A DNA stretch of 64,000 nt. Origin: Armatimonadota bacterium (GTDB lineage Bacteria > Armatimonadota > Chthonomonadetes > Chthonomonadales > Chthonomonadaceae). Each line of letters opens with the position of its first letter. Position 1 is the first letter of the stretch. The notes beneath the pieces were generated by a model. The model was not told where the DNA came from. It worked only from the letters and a program-made list of their open reading frames with translations, and made no database searches. The position numbers were made by a program, and so were the translations under genes. Shown here in pieces: positions 56,601-64,000 of the stretch. The stretch spans positions 584,715 through 648,714 of the forward strand of contig JAGWMJ010000001.1 in NCBI GenBank assembly GCA_028871815.1. The letters run 5' to 3'.

Positions 56601-58698
56601 GGTGGATGTGCTGCAGAGCAGCGCAACCAATCCGCGGTACATCCGCGTTTCACAGAACTTTACCAATCCCAGCGCGCCGCAGCGGATGACCTTTGACCCC
56701 ACCTCGGGTCAGGTGCACATGCTGAATCTCTATACGCCCGATGGATGTCTGAACACGGCGCTGCCACTGCAGGTAACCGTTGTTGGCAGCACCGGCACCA
56801 ACACCGTTTCCACGGTGCGGGCCAGCAACGGGTTTGGGCCATTGGATAACTGCCTTTGGTATGTGGTGATTCCGGTCAGCGGAATGGCGGATGCCGCCGG
56901 CGACCCGGTTCTTCCATTTGCGCCGGTGCCACCACCACCGGTAGGCCCGCCGACAGGCAGCGCCAATCTGTATCGGTACTACACCGCCAGTGGTCCCAGC
57001 GTGGTGGGTAACTCGCTCTTCGTTGGCATGCGAAACGGCTATATCGTGGCGCTGCCACTCACCGGCCTTCCCACCAACGGTTCGCAAGTTTCGCTGCTGA
57101 AGGATCCTACGCAACTACCCAGCGTGCAGAATTCCATCCTTACGGCACTGCCGGCCATTCAGAATCCAGCGACCGGTATCGCATTCGATACGCCCGTTAT
57201 CAATCCGCCGCTGGCCACCAACGGCACGCTGCTGGTAGGCACCCCGAACGGACTCTCCGCGCTGGATGATCAGGTGACGCTTATCGCCGACAGTGACCGA
57301 CTGCTGGAAGTGAACCACGCCGGGCAGGCCGTCTGGTCGCTTGGCAGCACACGATCGCTCGGTGTCGCCGGAGGCACTCTCGTGGATAGCGGGCAGATCA
57401 TCACGTCCAAGGTTCCGCTGGCCAACCCGAATGTGGCGCACCACACCTCGCTGGAGACTTTTGTCGTGGCGGAAACCGGCCACAACCGGGTGATTCAGGT
57501 TGATAAGGGCGGCATCGTGGATTACGAGATTGCCGCTCTGCGCAACGATCTCCACGTGCTGCCACCGGGCAGCCCGCTTTCGCTTAATGCGCCCACGGAT
57601 GTACAGGTACTTCCCGACCAGGGCGCCGCGATCAGCTTCACCAGTCCGCTCAATGGAGTCACATACAGCTATGCAGGCGCCTACATCGCACAGCACTATC
57701 TGATCGCCGATGGCGGGAACTACCGCATTGTGGAGGTGGAGGACGCCTACAACAGTTCCGGCGAGCCCGTTGTACTTACCGGAAGCGACGGCAGCTCGGT
57801 GACGATGCTCGACCAGGTCGTCTATTCCACGGAGACCACGGAACAAAACCAGCGGTTGCGCTATCGAACGGTTCAGTTCTTCAGCACCATTGATCGATCC
57901 GGGCTCAACCCCATAGCGGCAAACTATCTTTGCGCCACCGTGGATAACCAGCGGCTCGCCGCTACCGATCCGGGTGTGGCAGGCGTTGGTCTGGACGGAA
58001 GCAATGTGCGGGGACCGGGTGGCTCGTTGAGCCTGATACACCGGTATCCGGCGACGGGCGCACCGTACAAGGATGGCGCGGTGGCGGCGGTGATCAACAG
58101 CTTCCAGCTGCCAAACGGCGCCATTCAGGCGGTCGATCGGCCAACATGGTTCAAAGAGGTGAATGTGCCGGGGCAGAGTTTACCGGACTACCTGCTTGCC
58201 GATGCAAATGGCGTGTACGAGTTGCAGCCGGCTGGTAACTCCGCCAAAGTGGTCTGGATGCTCAGCACCCAGGACTACTTCAACCTGACCGGCCACCCGC
58301 TCCGCGCGACCTGCATCCAGCGCCTCGGCAATCTGGACTACGACTCGACGAACAACCTGTTCTATCCGCGGTATCTGATTACAAACGGCTACTCAGGCAA
58401 CGATCAGGTTGGCGCCACATTCGGGTTCGGCCCCGGCAGTCCCTACGATGGCCGCGTGACCGGTGAAGTGGTTGAGGTGAGGAGCCTGGAATACTACATG
58501 GGCGGATACGGGGTAGCCGACGCGCTCTATACTTCGGCCACCGGCGCACTTCAGATGAACCCAGCGTCGGCTATCACGTGGATTTGCCCGTCTGAGTCGA
58601 TCTCAAACGGCAAGATTATCCGCTCCATCGGCTCGCTCACAGGAGCCACCAGTACGTCAATGCTTTCTCAGCCTACCTACAGCGAACGGCGTCCGTAA
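53695..58698 (+). CDS. Giant secreted PilY1-like protein (1668 aa) with PQQ-like beta-propeller repeats.
   Basis: A Sec signal reads MLRGTASRFTGAALVAGALLALTCAPASA. Blade-like repeats include VVNGTVYVAGWGHLVGDSGQ, GNSLFVGMRNGYIVALP and LATNGTLLVGTPNGLSALDD. It sits at the PilY1 position after the pilVWX-like genes and starts 3 nt after the previous stop. Confidence 0.6.
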   Translation: MRTRDMLRGTASRFTGAALVAGALLALTCAPASADVYGYASSLRQVHACVLVSNAAATNVNGVTVPENCTPFVFYAMDVRTDLKPGGWSFSNPLAPATITSTMWQRWYNRQVGSATPDPAFQPGTPQEISFQIGAPLTKNMAPYWEVNLDTVSSSDLNQFDVVLMAYRDAFSFTPDERAKLQHFMDGGGTIWLEDEGGANVVANGGQFAIPVIFNTNPAAGVAPTLASFNHPLVNFPYTISATQIQGLGQGETGPHHIATSPTGGLVSPSIVEPVVRQGSLNLPLVYAGDYGAGHLLISSLGVATGIAGYLGGPNIANEGPNTATITGTQLLGVRAVDLEFAINAVAWTSSITEGAVNARRAGGATETMDAALGEKWATIPHAGRTSADSGAVSYKNVVFWVGPAANGSNANPSVLHAFNANPGQDLDGDLSSDEGLVDYSTGTPWDEIWNYDLTKVNGSGTTTTSRVSTPTVISLANSANGLSQDLVAVTNSVGVTMAFQAFPGGSVFSSVGQLAWTTSALYGPGPDISAELSFPYRNQSAGSGDPNQLYPDIPAPAPVLSEGVLFAIAYVQSADVNHSWRVAAIDPATGANIFGTASGYAPFSTPGVIGLPTPTGPLSASYVRDDLTGAQDKMIMVPTEDLSNNTVTGAIDGLWFATRDEPLVASSTGLAGDYSPIGNRAHVPWYAPTTGANTSLLPVVSVVTTNTQTGLVTNVTQLQSTQYQILYLGAPGSRNMVVRLSTPLNPPVGFTQTVSADYTVDWPDAPIGAGASVPIASELSLFSGTLPQYGNNYRLFSPNNAPNREPVLLSGAPAVSRNDLTIFGAGDYDNADRIYAYRPQFATGRSSAGYAVPYVPEIAWMFSPATAFSDGNTADFVPARFVVAPNTGVATPNNGAAPTAFYDFEMVGSPAVVNGTVYVAGWGHLVGDSGQGGDDVSIIAALREQPPLTFTIPNLPAGSTVSDITVSQVDVLQSSATNPRYIRVSQNFTNPSAPQRMTFDPTSGQVHMLNLYTPDGCLNTALPLQVTVVGSTGTNTVSTVRASNGFGPLDNCLWYVVIPVSGMADAAGDPVLPFAPVPPPPVGPPTGSANLYRYYTASGPSVVGNSLFVGMRNGYIVALPLTGLPTNGSQVSLLKDPTQLPSVQNSILTALPAIQNPATGIAFDTPVINPPLATNGTLLVGTPNGLSALDDQVTLIADSDRLLEVNHAGQAVWSLGSTRSLGVAGGTLVDSGQIITSKVPLANPNVAHHTSLETFVVAETGHNRVIQVDKGGIVDYEIAALRNDLHVLPPGSPLSLNAPTDVQVLPDQGAAISFTSPLNGVTYSYAGAYIAQHYLIADGGNYRIVEVEDAYNSSGEPVVLTGSDGSSVTMLDQVVYSTETTEQNQRLRYRTVQFFSTIDRSGLNPIAANYLCATVDNQRLAATDPGVAGVGLDGSNVRGPGGSLSLIHRYPATGAPYKDGAVAAVINSFQLPNGAIQAVDRPTWFKEVNVPGQSLPDYLLADANGVYELQPAGNSAKVVWMLSTQDYFNLTGHPLRATCIQRLGNLDYDSTNNLFYPRYLITNGYSGNDQVGATFGFGPGSPYDGRVTGEVVEVRSLEYYMGGYGVADALYTSATGALQMNPASAITWICPSESISNGKIIRSIGSLTGATSTSMLSQPTYSERRP

Positions 58699-58701
58699 AC
58701 T

Positions 58702-61700
58702 ATGAGCAAGGATCTATTGCGGCTAGCGTGGCGTGCAGCCCGCACTGTTCTCCCACTGCCGGTGGCAGTGCTTGGCCTATGGCTGGCTGCCGGCACGGCA
58801 TGCCGCGCCCAGGCACCCATCGTATTCGATAACCTCGATTGGACAGTAGATCGTGGCGCCACGACGATGGTGGGGCTGCTAGTAGCGCCTAACGCCAACC
58901 TGCTGCGGCAGGGACGCAACATCACTGCGGCGACGGCGCCTGTGGGCAACGGCCTCAATCCCGGCCCGTCGGTTCGCCGCTGGGTCTTCCCGCGTACTTC
59001 CGATATAGCCCTCACCGCCGCAAACGGCAATCCGGTCGGCAACGAGATCATCGACAACCCCAATCTCGCAGATCCCATTTTCACCGGCATCACGCAGCAG
59101 CCGCTGGGTGACAACTCGCAGGATACTACCGGCGCAGAAACCCGTGTTCAACCGTTTCCACCGCTAAATGCAGCCGGGTCACCGGTGGGTGAAGATCCGC
59201 AGCAGATGGCGCACGCCTTCTGGCTGCCGAATCTCGCCACATGGACGCCCACGGGCTTCAATCTGCCGTTTGGCGCCACGAACGACTATCGCGCGCCCGG
59301 AGGCGGCTTTTCGTTCAACTCCGATCCAAGTTTGAGTTGGGATTTTGACTATGGCTATGTGCCGGCCATCCATGACGATTTCAACGTCAACCGACCGGAT
59401 GGCGCCGACGGACCTGCGACGGCGGATGAGCTTGCGGCGCTGCCGAACGCGCCGTACTACGTCTACAACGCCGTCAACAGTACGCTCAATGCCTCCGCTC
59501 TCAATGGCGCCGGTACTCCAACCGCGGTATGGTCTGCCGGTCAGTACAATCTGGCCAGCGGCCGGTACGCGGTGGCGCTGTATTCGCCTGGCGACGGCAG
59601 CCTTGTTGGAACCACGCCGAGTCCTGAAGTCTCACGGGCTTTTGTCCGGGTTGCCTGGATCAACACTATAAATGCGAATGGCTCGCTAAACTGGGGTACC
59701 GGTACGCCGGGCGCCGGTGGCATCACCGATCCCGATAACAGCCGTATCTTTGAGGTAAACCTGAGCGCCGGTGGCTGGATTACGCTGCAGGGCGGCGGCC
59801 TGGGTCCGGCCGCGTTTGATCAGAACAATGCGGCAACCGCCAGCAACGCAAACCAGATTGTGGTTGTGCTCTATTCGCTGACGCCCGATCAACTCAACGA
59901 TCCAATCTACGGTGGCCCAACCAACGCCATTCCGCCCGTTGTTACCGCAGATGCGTGCCGCTTTTCACCGGTAGCCGCCAGCGGTACAACTCCACCGGCG
60001 CAGCTGACCAAGTACAACACGGCAACGCCTCCGGCAGCGCTCTGGACGATCAGTCCAGCCGGCCGCATTCTTGGTCCGGAAGTGGCGACCGATAAAATCA
60101 AGGTTGCCGCCGGCATCGTTCAGCCGCTGCACTTCGTGGCGCGCGAAGAGGATGTGCCGAATACCACCGATCTCTCCGCCGTTAATCCAACGCTGCCGAT
60201 TAGCGCAACAAATATTGCCACACCCGATCCAACCGCGGAGGCTACGGCGCCAGTCTTCTACTGCCTGGATAGTCGCAACAGCGTGGGCCCGGCCAACGAC
60301 CTCACCGATCCCAATTACTTCTCAGTATCGAGGGTGGTTTGGCGATACGTCGGCCTGCCGGATGGCGCCAGCGGTACGGCCAGCGCATCTCCCACGCTGG
60401 CAAACGTGCGGTGTCGCGATGGTGTGACGCGGCCCATGGTCTATTTTGTTACCACCAACTCGGGCGGGGCATTGGGCCACATCTACGCCATCGATCCACT
60501 GCCGGCCGATATAGCTGCCGGTAACCTGGCCCTGACGCCAACCGTGTATTGGGCTTACCCCAGCGCAATACCATTGACGGCTGCCGAAACGGCCGCTTCC
60601 GACATCACCCAGCTCCACGACCCCAACTATACGGGAAGTACGCCGTTTGTCGGCTATGCGGCCACCTTTGGCGGTGACGTGGCGATTCCGTATTTCGACG
60701 GCGACATCATCACCGATCGGGCCACGGGAACGCAGCAGGTGCGCTCCGATACCGCCATTACATTTGGCGGTGTGCAGGCGGCGCCGGCCCTCATGAGTTC
60801 GCCCGATCCTAGCATCAAGGGGAATGTACTCGTTGTGCCCGATATGGATGGGCGCGTCTGGGCGTTCGACGCCGGAGGGCGTGGAGATTGGGGCACCGCG
60901 GGCGTGTCGTACCCCGGCACAACCCAGCGCTTGTGGACCTGGCCGCACTTTGGGGTGGATGCCTTCCGTCAGGCAATCAAGCCGGCCAACTGGGCCAGTG
61001 TACCGAACAAATTCGCCGACGAAGCCAGCCTTGGACCGTTCCTCTCGTCACCGGCCGTGGATCGCACCTACCCGCTGCCCATCGGCACAACACTTGTGCC
61101 GTTTATCGTCGGCTCGTCGGATGGCCACCTCTATTCGGTGGTGCCCGCCCTGGATGCACTCACGGCGGTTGGTAATGGCACGGCTTCCTGGAACAACCGG
61201 ATTCTGTGGCGATATCCAAGCGCCAACAACACGCTCGGCAGCCCTGTGAGCACACCGGCAATCTTCAAACCAACGAATGCCACGAGTGCGTACATCTACT
61301 TTACGGCCGGTGGCCGTGCCTATTGCGTGCCGGAAGCGCCCGACATCCGCATCAAGCCGCCCACAGTGAACTCGCTCTCGTGGGTCTTTCCATATACGCC
61401 CAATCCGCCCGCTCCGAACCCGAAGGACGACACGACAGCTTCACTGGACCCGGGATTCAATCTCAGCGCGCCATTGCTGATGGAAGCTGGTGTGAACGGA
61501 AACCAGTACGATGCCTGCTACCTGCTTCAAGGTAACGGCACCGTGATCGGGCTGGATGCAGCGCCGGTGGCCACGGGCGTAGCCGCGGGCCATGCGCTGG
61601 TAGTGGCGTCCGGGCAGAGCCTCACGGGCAGTTTCAGCGAAAGCTCGCCGATCGGCACGTGGCTCACCAGTTCGCCCGGCCTCGGCGCCAACCCGAACGT

Positions 61701-64000
61701 GCCCACCATGAACACGCCGACGATGCTCTTCGGAGACGATGACGGCAACATCTGGGGGCTTTCAACCGTTCCCCTGGCAGGCAGCATCGGCCCGGTTGGC
61801 AACGGCGCCAAGACCGCGCCGCTTCTGCCGGTTGATTACTACCACTCCGATTCCAGTGCATCCCGCACCGGCGAAGCCGTGCAGGTTGGTGGAGACAACC
61901 AGCCGGAGAGCGCCTCGTACCCCGTGCCGAATGGCATGCTGGCGGAAGGAGATCAAGGCGGACAGCTTCGCGGCTACGGGGTCGGCACCGATCTCACCGG
62001 CGGCGCTGCCGGCTTTGGCAACACCGTGGGCAAGAGCGAGCCCGCCGAAAACAGCATCGGCGGCAACGGTCCCGTGAGTATCGATCTCCGAATCCTGGAC
62101 TTTTACGATCCTGCGGTCTGGCAGCACTTTATGGGCCTTACTGCGCCATACGAAACGCCGGGAAGGACGCCGGCGGGCGCCTCGTTCGCCAACACGCAGC
62201 TTCCGATCACAGGCAACATCGAGGCCGGGAGCACGGCGATCGCGGTGGACTGGGGCGACTACCTGTATATAGCCGCGTGGGGCGTGTATCATGCCCAGCC
62301 AAGCAGCCTGACCCCGGGCCAGCAAGTGGCGGCGCCGGTCGTTATCTGCCACTTCACCATCACGCAACCTGGACGTTCGATTGCGCCGCAGATCACCGTT
62401 CCAGCAATGACGCTCCACACCGGCCTCAACTGGCCCGATGATCCCGGTATCACCCTGGCCGAGCACAACAACCTCGCCATCTTCGGCCAGAATGCCAGCG
62501 GCAGCGTTGGCCAGCTGGTTGGAGAGGCGAACAACGTCTTTCCGTGGGTCGCCATCTACAAGGTACCGATCCGGCCCGCGGGGCTCGCCACCTTCCTGCC
62601 CGGCCTGGCAAACTACCGCGTCACTGCCCAAGCGTTCATCCAGCAATCCACACAGACGAACGGCATATACCGCGCCCAGTCGAACATCCTGCAAGACGGT
62701 CAGCCTGATCTTGTGGGCCTGTCAAAATCGGCCTACCCACAGAATCAGAATCTCTCAATCACAGCGAATTCGCCGCGCAAGGTCTTCATCACCAACCCGA
62801 TTGGTGTGACGGTGCGCAGCTACAGCCCGCTGCAGGCGAACGGCGATCTGACGCCGATGATGGACGGGCAAAACGGGCTTACCGACCCGGACACCGGCGC
62901 TATCGGCTGGGGAGCGGCTGCCGGAGTGCTCGCGTCGCCCGGGATCTTCGAAGTGTTGGGCAACGGAAACGAAATCATCAACCCGCTCAGCCCAACCGCG
63001 GCAGGCAGTAGCGCCGGCGGCGCCACACTTAAATCGCTCTTCGCGCCCATCGGCATGGTGCAGGATGGCTCCAGCGGTCAGTACAGCGGCATCGATCCCA
63101 CCACCGGCAACGCAGTGCCAGCCTTCTTTGTGCTGGATCGCAGCAACATTCGGGCGATGACGGGCAGACCGCTGCTGATTCGCATCCAGCCCAGCACCGA
63201 TCCCAACGCCACGCTCACCGGCGGTCCGCTGCATTGGCACGGTGGTCCCAGCTCGGTAATGAATCCGCTGCCCTGGGATCAACTGCCTACCGATTCGCAG
63301 GACACGTCGGACTACCCAAGCCTGCCATTTGACAGTTTGAGCATCACGACCACCGCCGGCGAGGACGCTACCAAATCGTTGGTGCCGCTGCTGCCGCCGC
63401 TCTATCCAAACGGCCAGTCCGATCCCAAGTCGCGGCAGCCGCAGCCCACGGCCCTGAATCTATCCGTTCAGGTGCCGAAGTTCCAGCCGGCCAATGTGAA
63501 CCGTGGCGCGATATCCTTTACCGATGGCGGGGCGAGCTACAACTTCGGCAGTTCGTACCTGGATATCAGCGGAACGACTCGTGGCGCAAACAACAGCGAT
63601 CCGCTTCTAACAGGACCACTGGTCTCCGGCGCGGCCTCGCTTGCTGGAGGCGGCCAGCCGTGGGGACTGGGGCGGACCGGCTCGTACCCCGCTGGCGGAT
63701 ACATTGGCGACTTCGATATCGATGCGGTGCCGGTTGGTTCGGCCAGCGGCCGCTTCACAGTGCCCTACCGCACCGTTGAGATGGGCCTCACCGTGCCGCC
63801 GGACGAGAAGCTCTCGGTTCAGGAAGAGACGCTCGATCTCGGCAAGCTGCCGATGGCCGAAGGCTACAGCGACACCGATTACACCGGCACGAAGTTCTAC
63901 CGTGTTCCGTTTGCGCCTGCCGGTACCAGAGACTATCTCAACCCGCTGCCTGTGGATCCGTGGGACCCCGGCTCGGGTGATCCGTCCCAGACCTTCTTCC
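58702..64000 (+). CDS. Second giant secreted PilY1-like beta-propeller protein, at least 1766 aa; C-terminus beyond the window.
   Basis: The plus-strand frame is open from the ATG 58702 to the window end with no stop, so it is missing from the ORF track. The signal peptide is MSKDLLRLAWRAARTVLPLPVAVLGLWLAAGTACRAQA. Beta-propeller-like repeats include GNVLVVPDMDGRVWAFDAG, TLVPFIVGSSDGHLYSVVPALDA and TMLFGDDDGNIWGLS. Confidence 0.6.
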   Translation, partial: MSKDLLRLAWRAARTVLPLPVAVLGLWLAAGTACRAQAPIVFDNLDWTVDRGATTMVGLLVAPNANLLRQGRNITAATAPVGNGLNPGPSVRRWVFPRTSDIALTAANGNPVGNEIIDNPNLADPIFTGITQQPLGDNSQDTTGAETRVQPFPPLNAAGSPVGEDPQQMAHAFWLPNLATWTPTGFNLPFGATNDYRAPGGGFSFNSDPSLSWDFDYGYVPAIHDDFNVNRPDGADGPATADELAALPNAPYYVYNAVNSTLNASALNGAGTPTAVWSAGQYNLASGRYAVALYSPGDGSLVGTTPSPEVSRAFVRVAWINTINANGSLNWGTGTPGAGGITDPDNSRIFEVNLSAGGWITLQGGGLGPAAFDQNNAATASNANQIVVVLYSLTPDQLNDPIYGGPTNAIPPVVTADACRFSPVAASGTTPPAQLTKYNTATPPAALWTISPAGRILGPEVATDKIKVAAGIVQPLHFVAREEDVPNTTDLSAVNPTLPISATNIATPDPTAEATAPVFYCLDSRNSVGPANDLTDPNYFSVSRVVWRYVGLPDGASGTASASPTLANVRCRDGVTRPMVYFVTTNSGGALGHIYAIDPLPADIAAGNLALTPTVYWAYPSAIPLTAAETAASDITQLHDPNYTGSTPFVGYAATFGGDVAIPYFDGDIITDRATGTQQVRSDTAITFGGVQAAPALMSSPDPSIKGNVLVVPDMDGRVWAFDAGGRGDWGTAGVSYPGTTQRLWTWPHFGVDAFRQAIKPANWASVPNKFADEASLGPFLSSPAVDRTYPLPIGTTLVPFIVGSSDGHLYSVVPALDALTAVGNGTASWNNRILWRYPSANNTLGSPVSTPAIFKPTNATSAYIYFTAGGRAYCVPEAPDIRIKPPTVNSLSWVFPYTPNPPAPNPKDDTTASLDPGFNLSAPLLMEAGVNGNQYDACYLLQGNGTVIGLDAAPVATGVAAGHALVVASGQSLTGSFSESSPIGTWLTSSPGLGANPNVPTMNTPTMLFGDDDGNIWGLSTVPLAGSIGPVGNGAKTAPLLPVDYYHSDSSASRTGEAVQVGGDNQPESASYPVPNGMLAEGDQGGQLRGYGVGTDLTGGAAGFGNTVGKSEPAENSIGGNGPVSIDLRILDFYDPAVWQHFMGLTAPYETPGRTPAGASFANTQLPITGNIEAGSTAIAVDWGDYLYIAAWGVYHAQPSSLTPGQQVAAPVVICHFTITQPGRSIAPQITVPAMTLHTGLNWPDDPGITLAEHNNLAIFGQNASGSVGQLVGEANNVFPWVAIYKVPIRPAGLATFLPGLANYRVTAQAFIQQSTQTNGIYRAQSNILQDGQPDLVGLSKSAYPQNQNLSITANSPRKVFITNPIGVTVRSYSPLQANGDLTPMMDGQNGLTDPDTGAIGWGAAAGVLASPGIFEVLGNGNEIINPLSPTAAGSSAGGATLKSLFAPIGMVQDGSSGQYSGIDPTTGNAVPAFFVLDRSNIRAMTGRPLLIRIQPSTDPNATLTGGPLHWHGGPSSVMNPLPWDQLPTDSQDTSDYPSLPFDSLSITTTAGEDATKSLVPLLPPLYPNGQSDPKSRQPQPTALNLSVQVPKFQPANVNRGAISFTDGGASYNFGSSYLDISGTTRGANNSDPLLTGPLVSGAASLAGGGQPWGLGRTGSYPAGGYIGDFDIDAVPVGSASGRFTVPYRTVEMGLTVPPDEKLSVQEETLDLGKLPMAEGYSDTDYTGTKFYRVPFAPAGTRDYLNPLPVDPWDPGSGDPSQTFF

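Noticed and set aside
1-64000. CRISPR arrays, IS elements and prophage genes.
   Set aside because: No regularly spaced direct repeats and no transposase, integrase or phage structural motifs were recognised in any frame.

Overview
High-GC (about 65%) bacterial chromosomal segment, densely coding on both strands. No transposases, integrases or CRISPR arrays were seen. The diderm-type Lpt genes together with many prepilin-type pilins carrying the RAREAARxxC / H-X9-DG-like signature suggest an Armatimonadetes or Planctomycetes-Verrucomicrobia-like lineage; this is inference from motif recognition, not a database result.

Left to right the window holds:
- a partial secreted protein at the left edge;
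- plsC;
- a Ser/Thr-phosphosignalling operon: FhaA-like FHA protein, PP2C phosphatase with a transmembrane segment and NHL ectodomain, a Hanks kinase with a polytopic membrane tail, and a HEAT-repeat membrane protein;
- three tandem paralogous membrane HEAT-repeat genes converging on that operon;
- a Mo-bisPGD (molybdopterin-dependent) oxidoreductase;
- tRNA-Ser(TGA) with a consensus sigma70 promoter, followed by a HigB/HigA toxin-antitoxin pair;
- DUF1697, DUF58 and S4-like genes;
- a 3-hexulose-6-P synthase-like gene;
- a fused sugar-1-P nucleotidyltransferase/phosphohexomutase;
- tRNA-Gln(TTG);
- a KGG-repeat stress protein;
- a PHP histidinol phosphatase;
- a second YqgF-like paralog;
- a lptC-like / lptA-like / lptB / lptF cluster;
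- rlmN, an NfeD-flotillin pair, transketolase, yqgF-mltG, a HAD phosphatase and aroE.

The last 25 kb is one co-directional type IV pilus (T4P) locus: pilB, pilT, pilC, pilD, two DUF1559-type prepilins, then giant PilV-, PilW- and PilX-like proteins (678, 708 and 1064 aa), and two giant signal-peptide beta-propeller PilY1-like proteins (1668 aa and more than 1766 aa). The last of these runs off the window edge and is absent from the ORF track because it has no stop codon.

Several gene pairs are coupled by GTGA start/stop overlaps. Many long antisense shadow ORFs, typical of high-GC DNA, were rejected.
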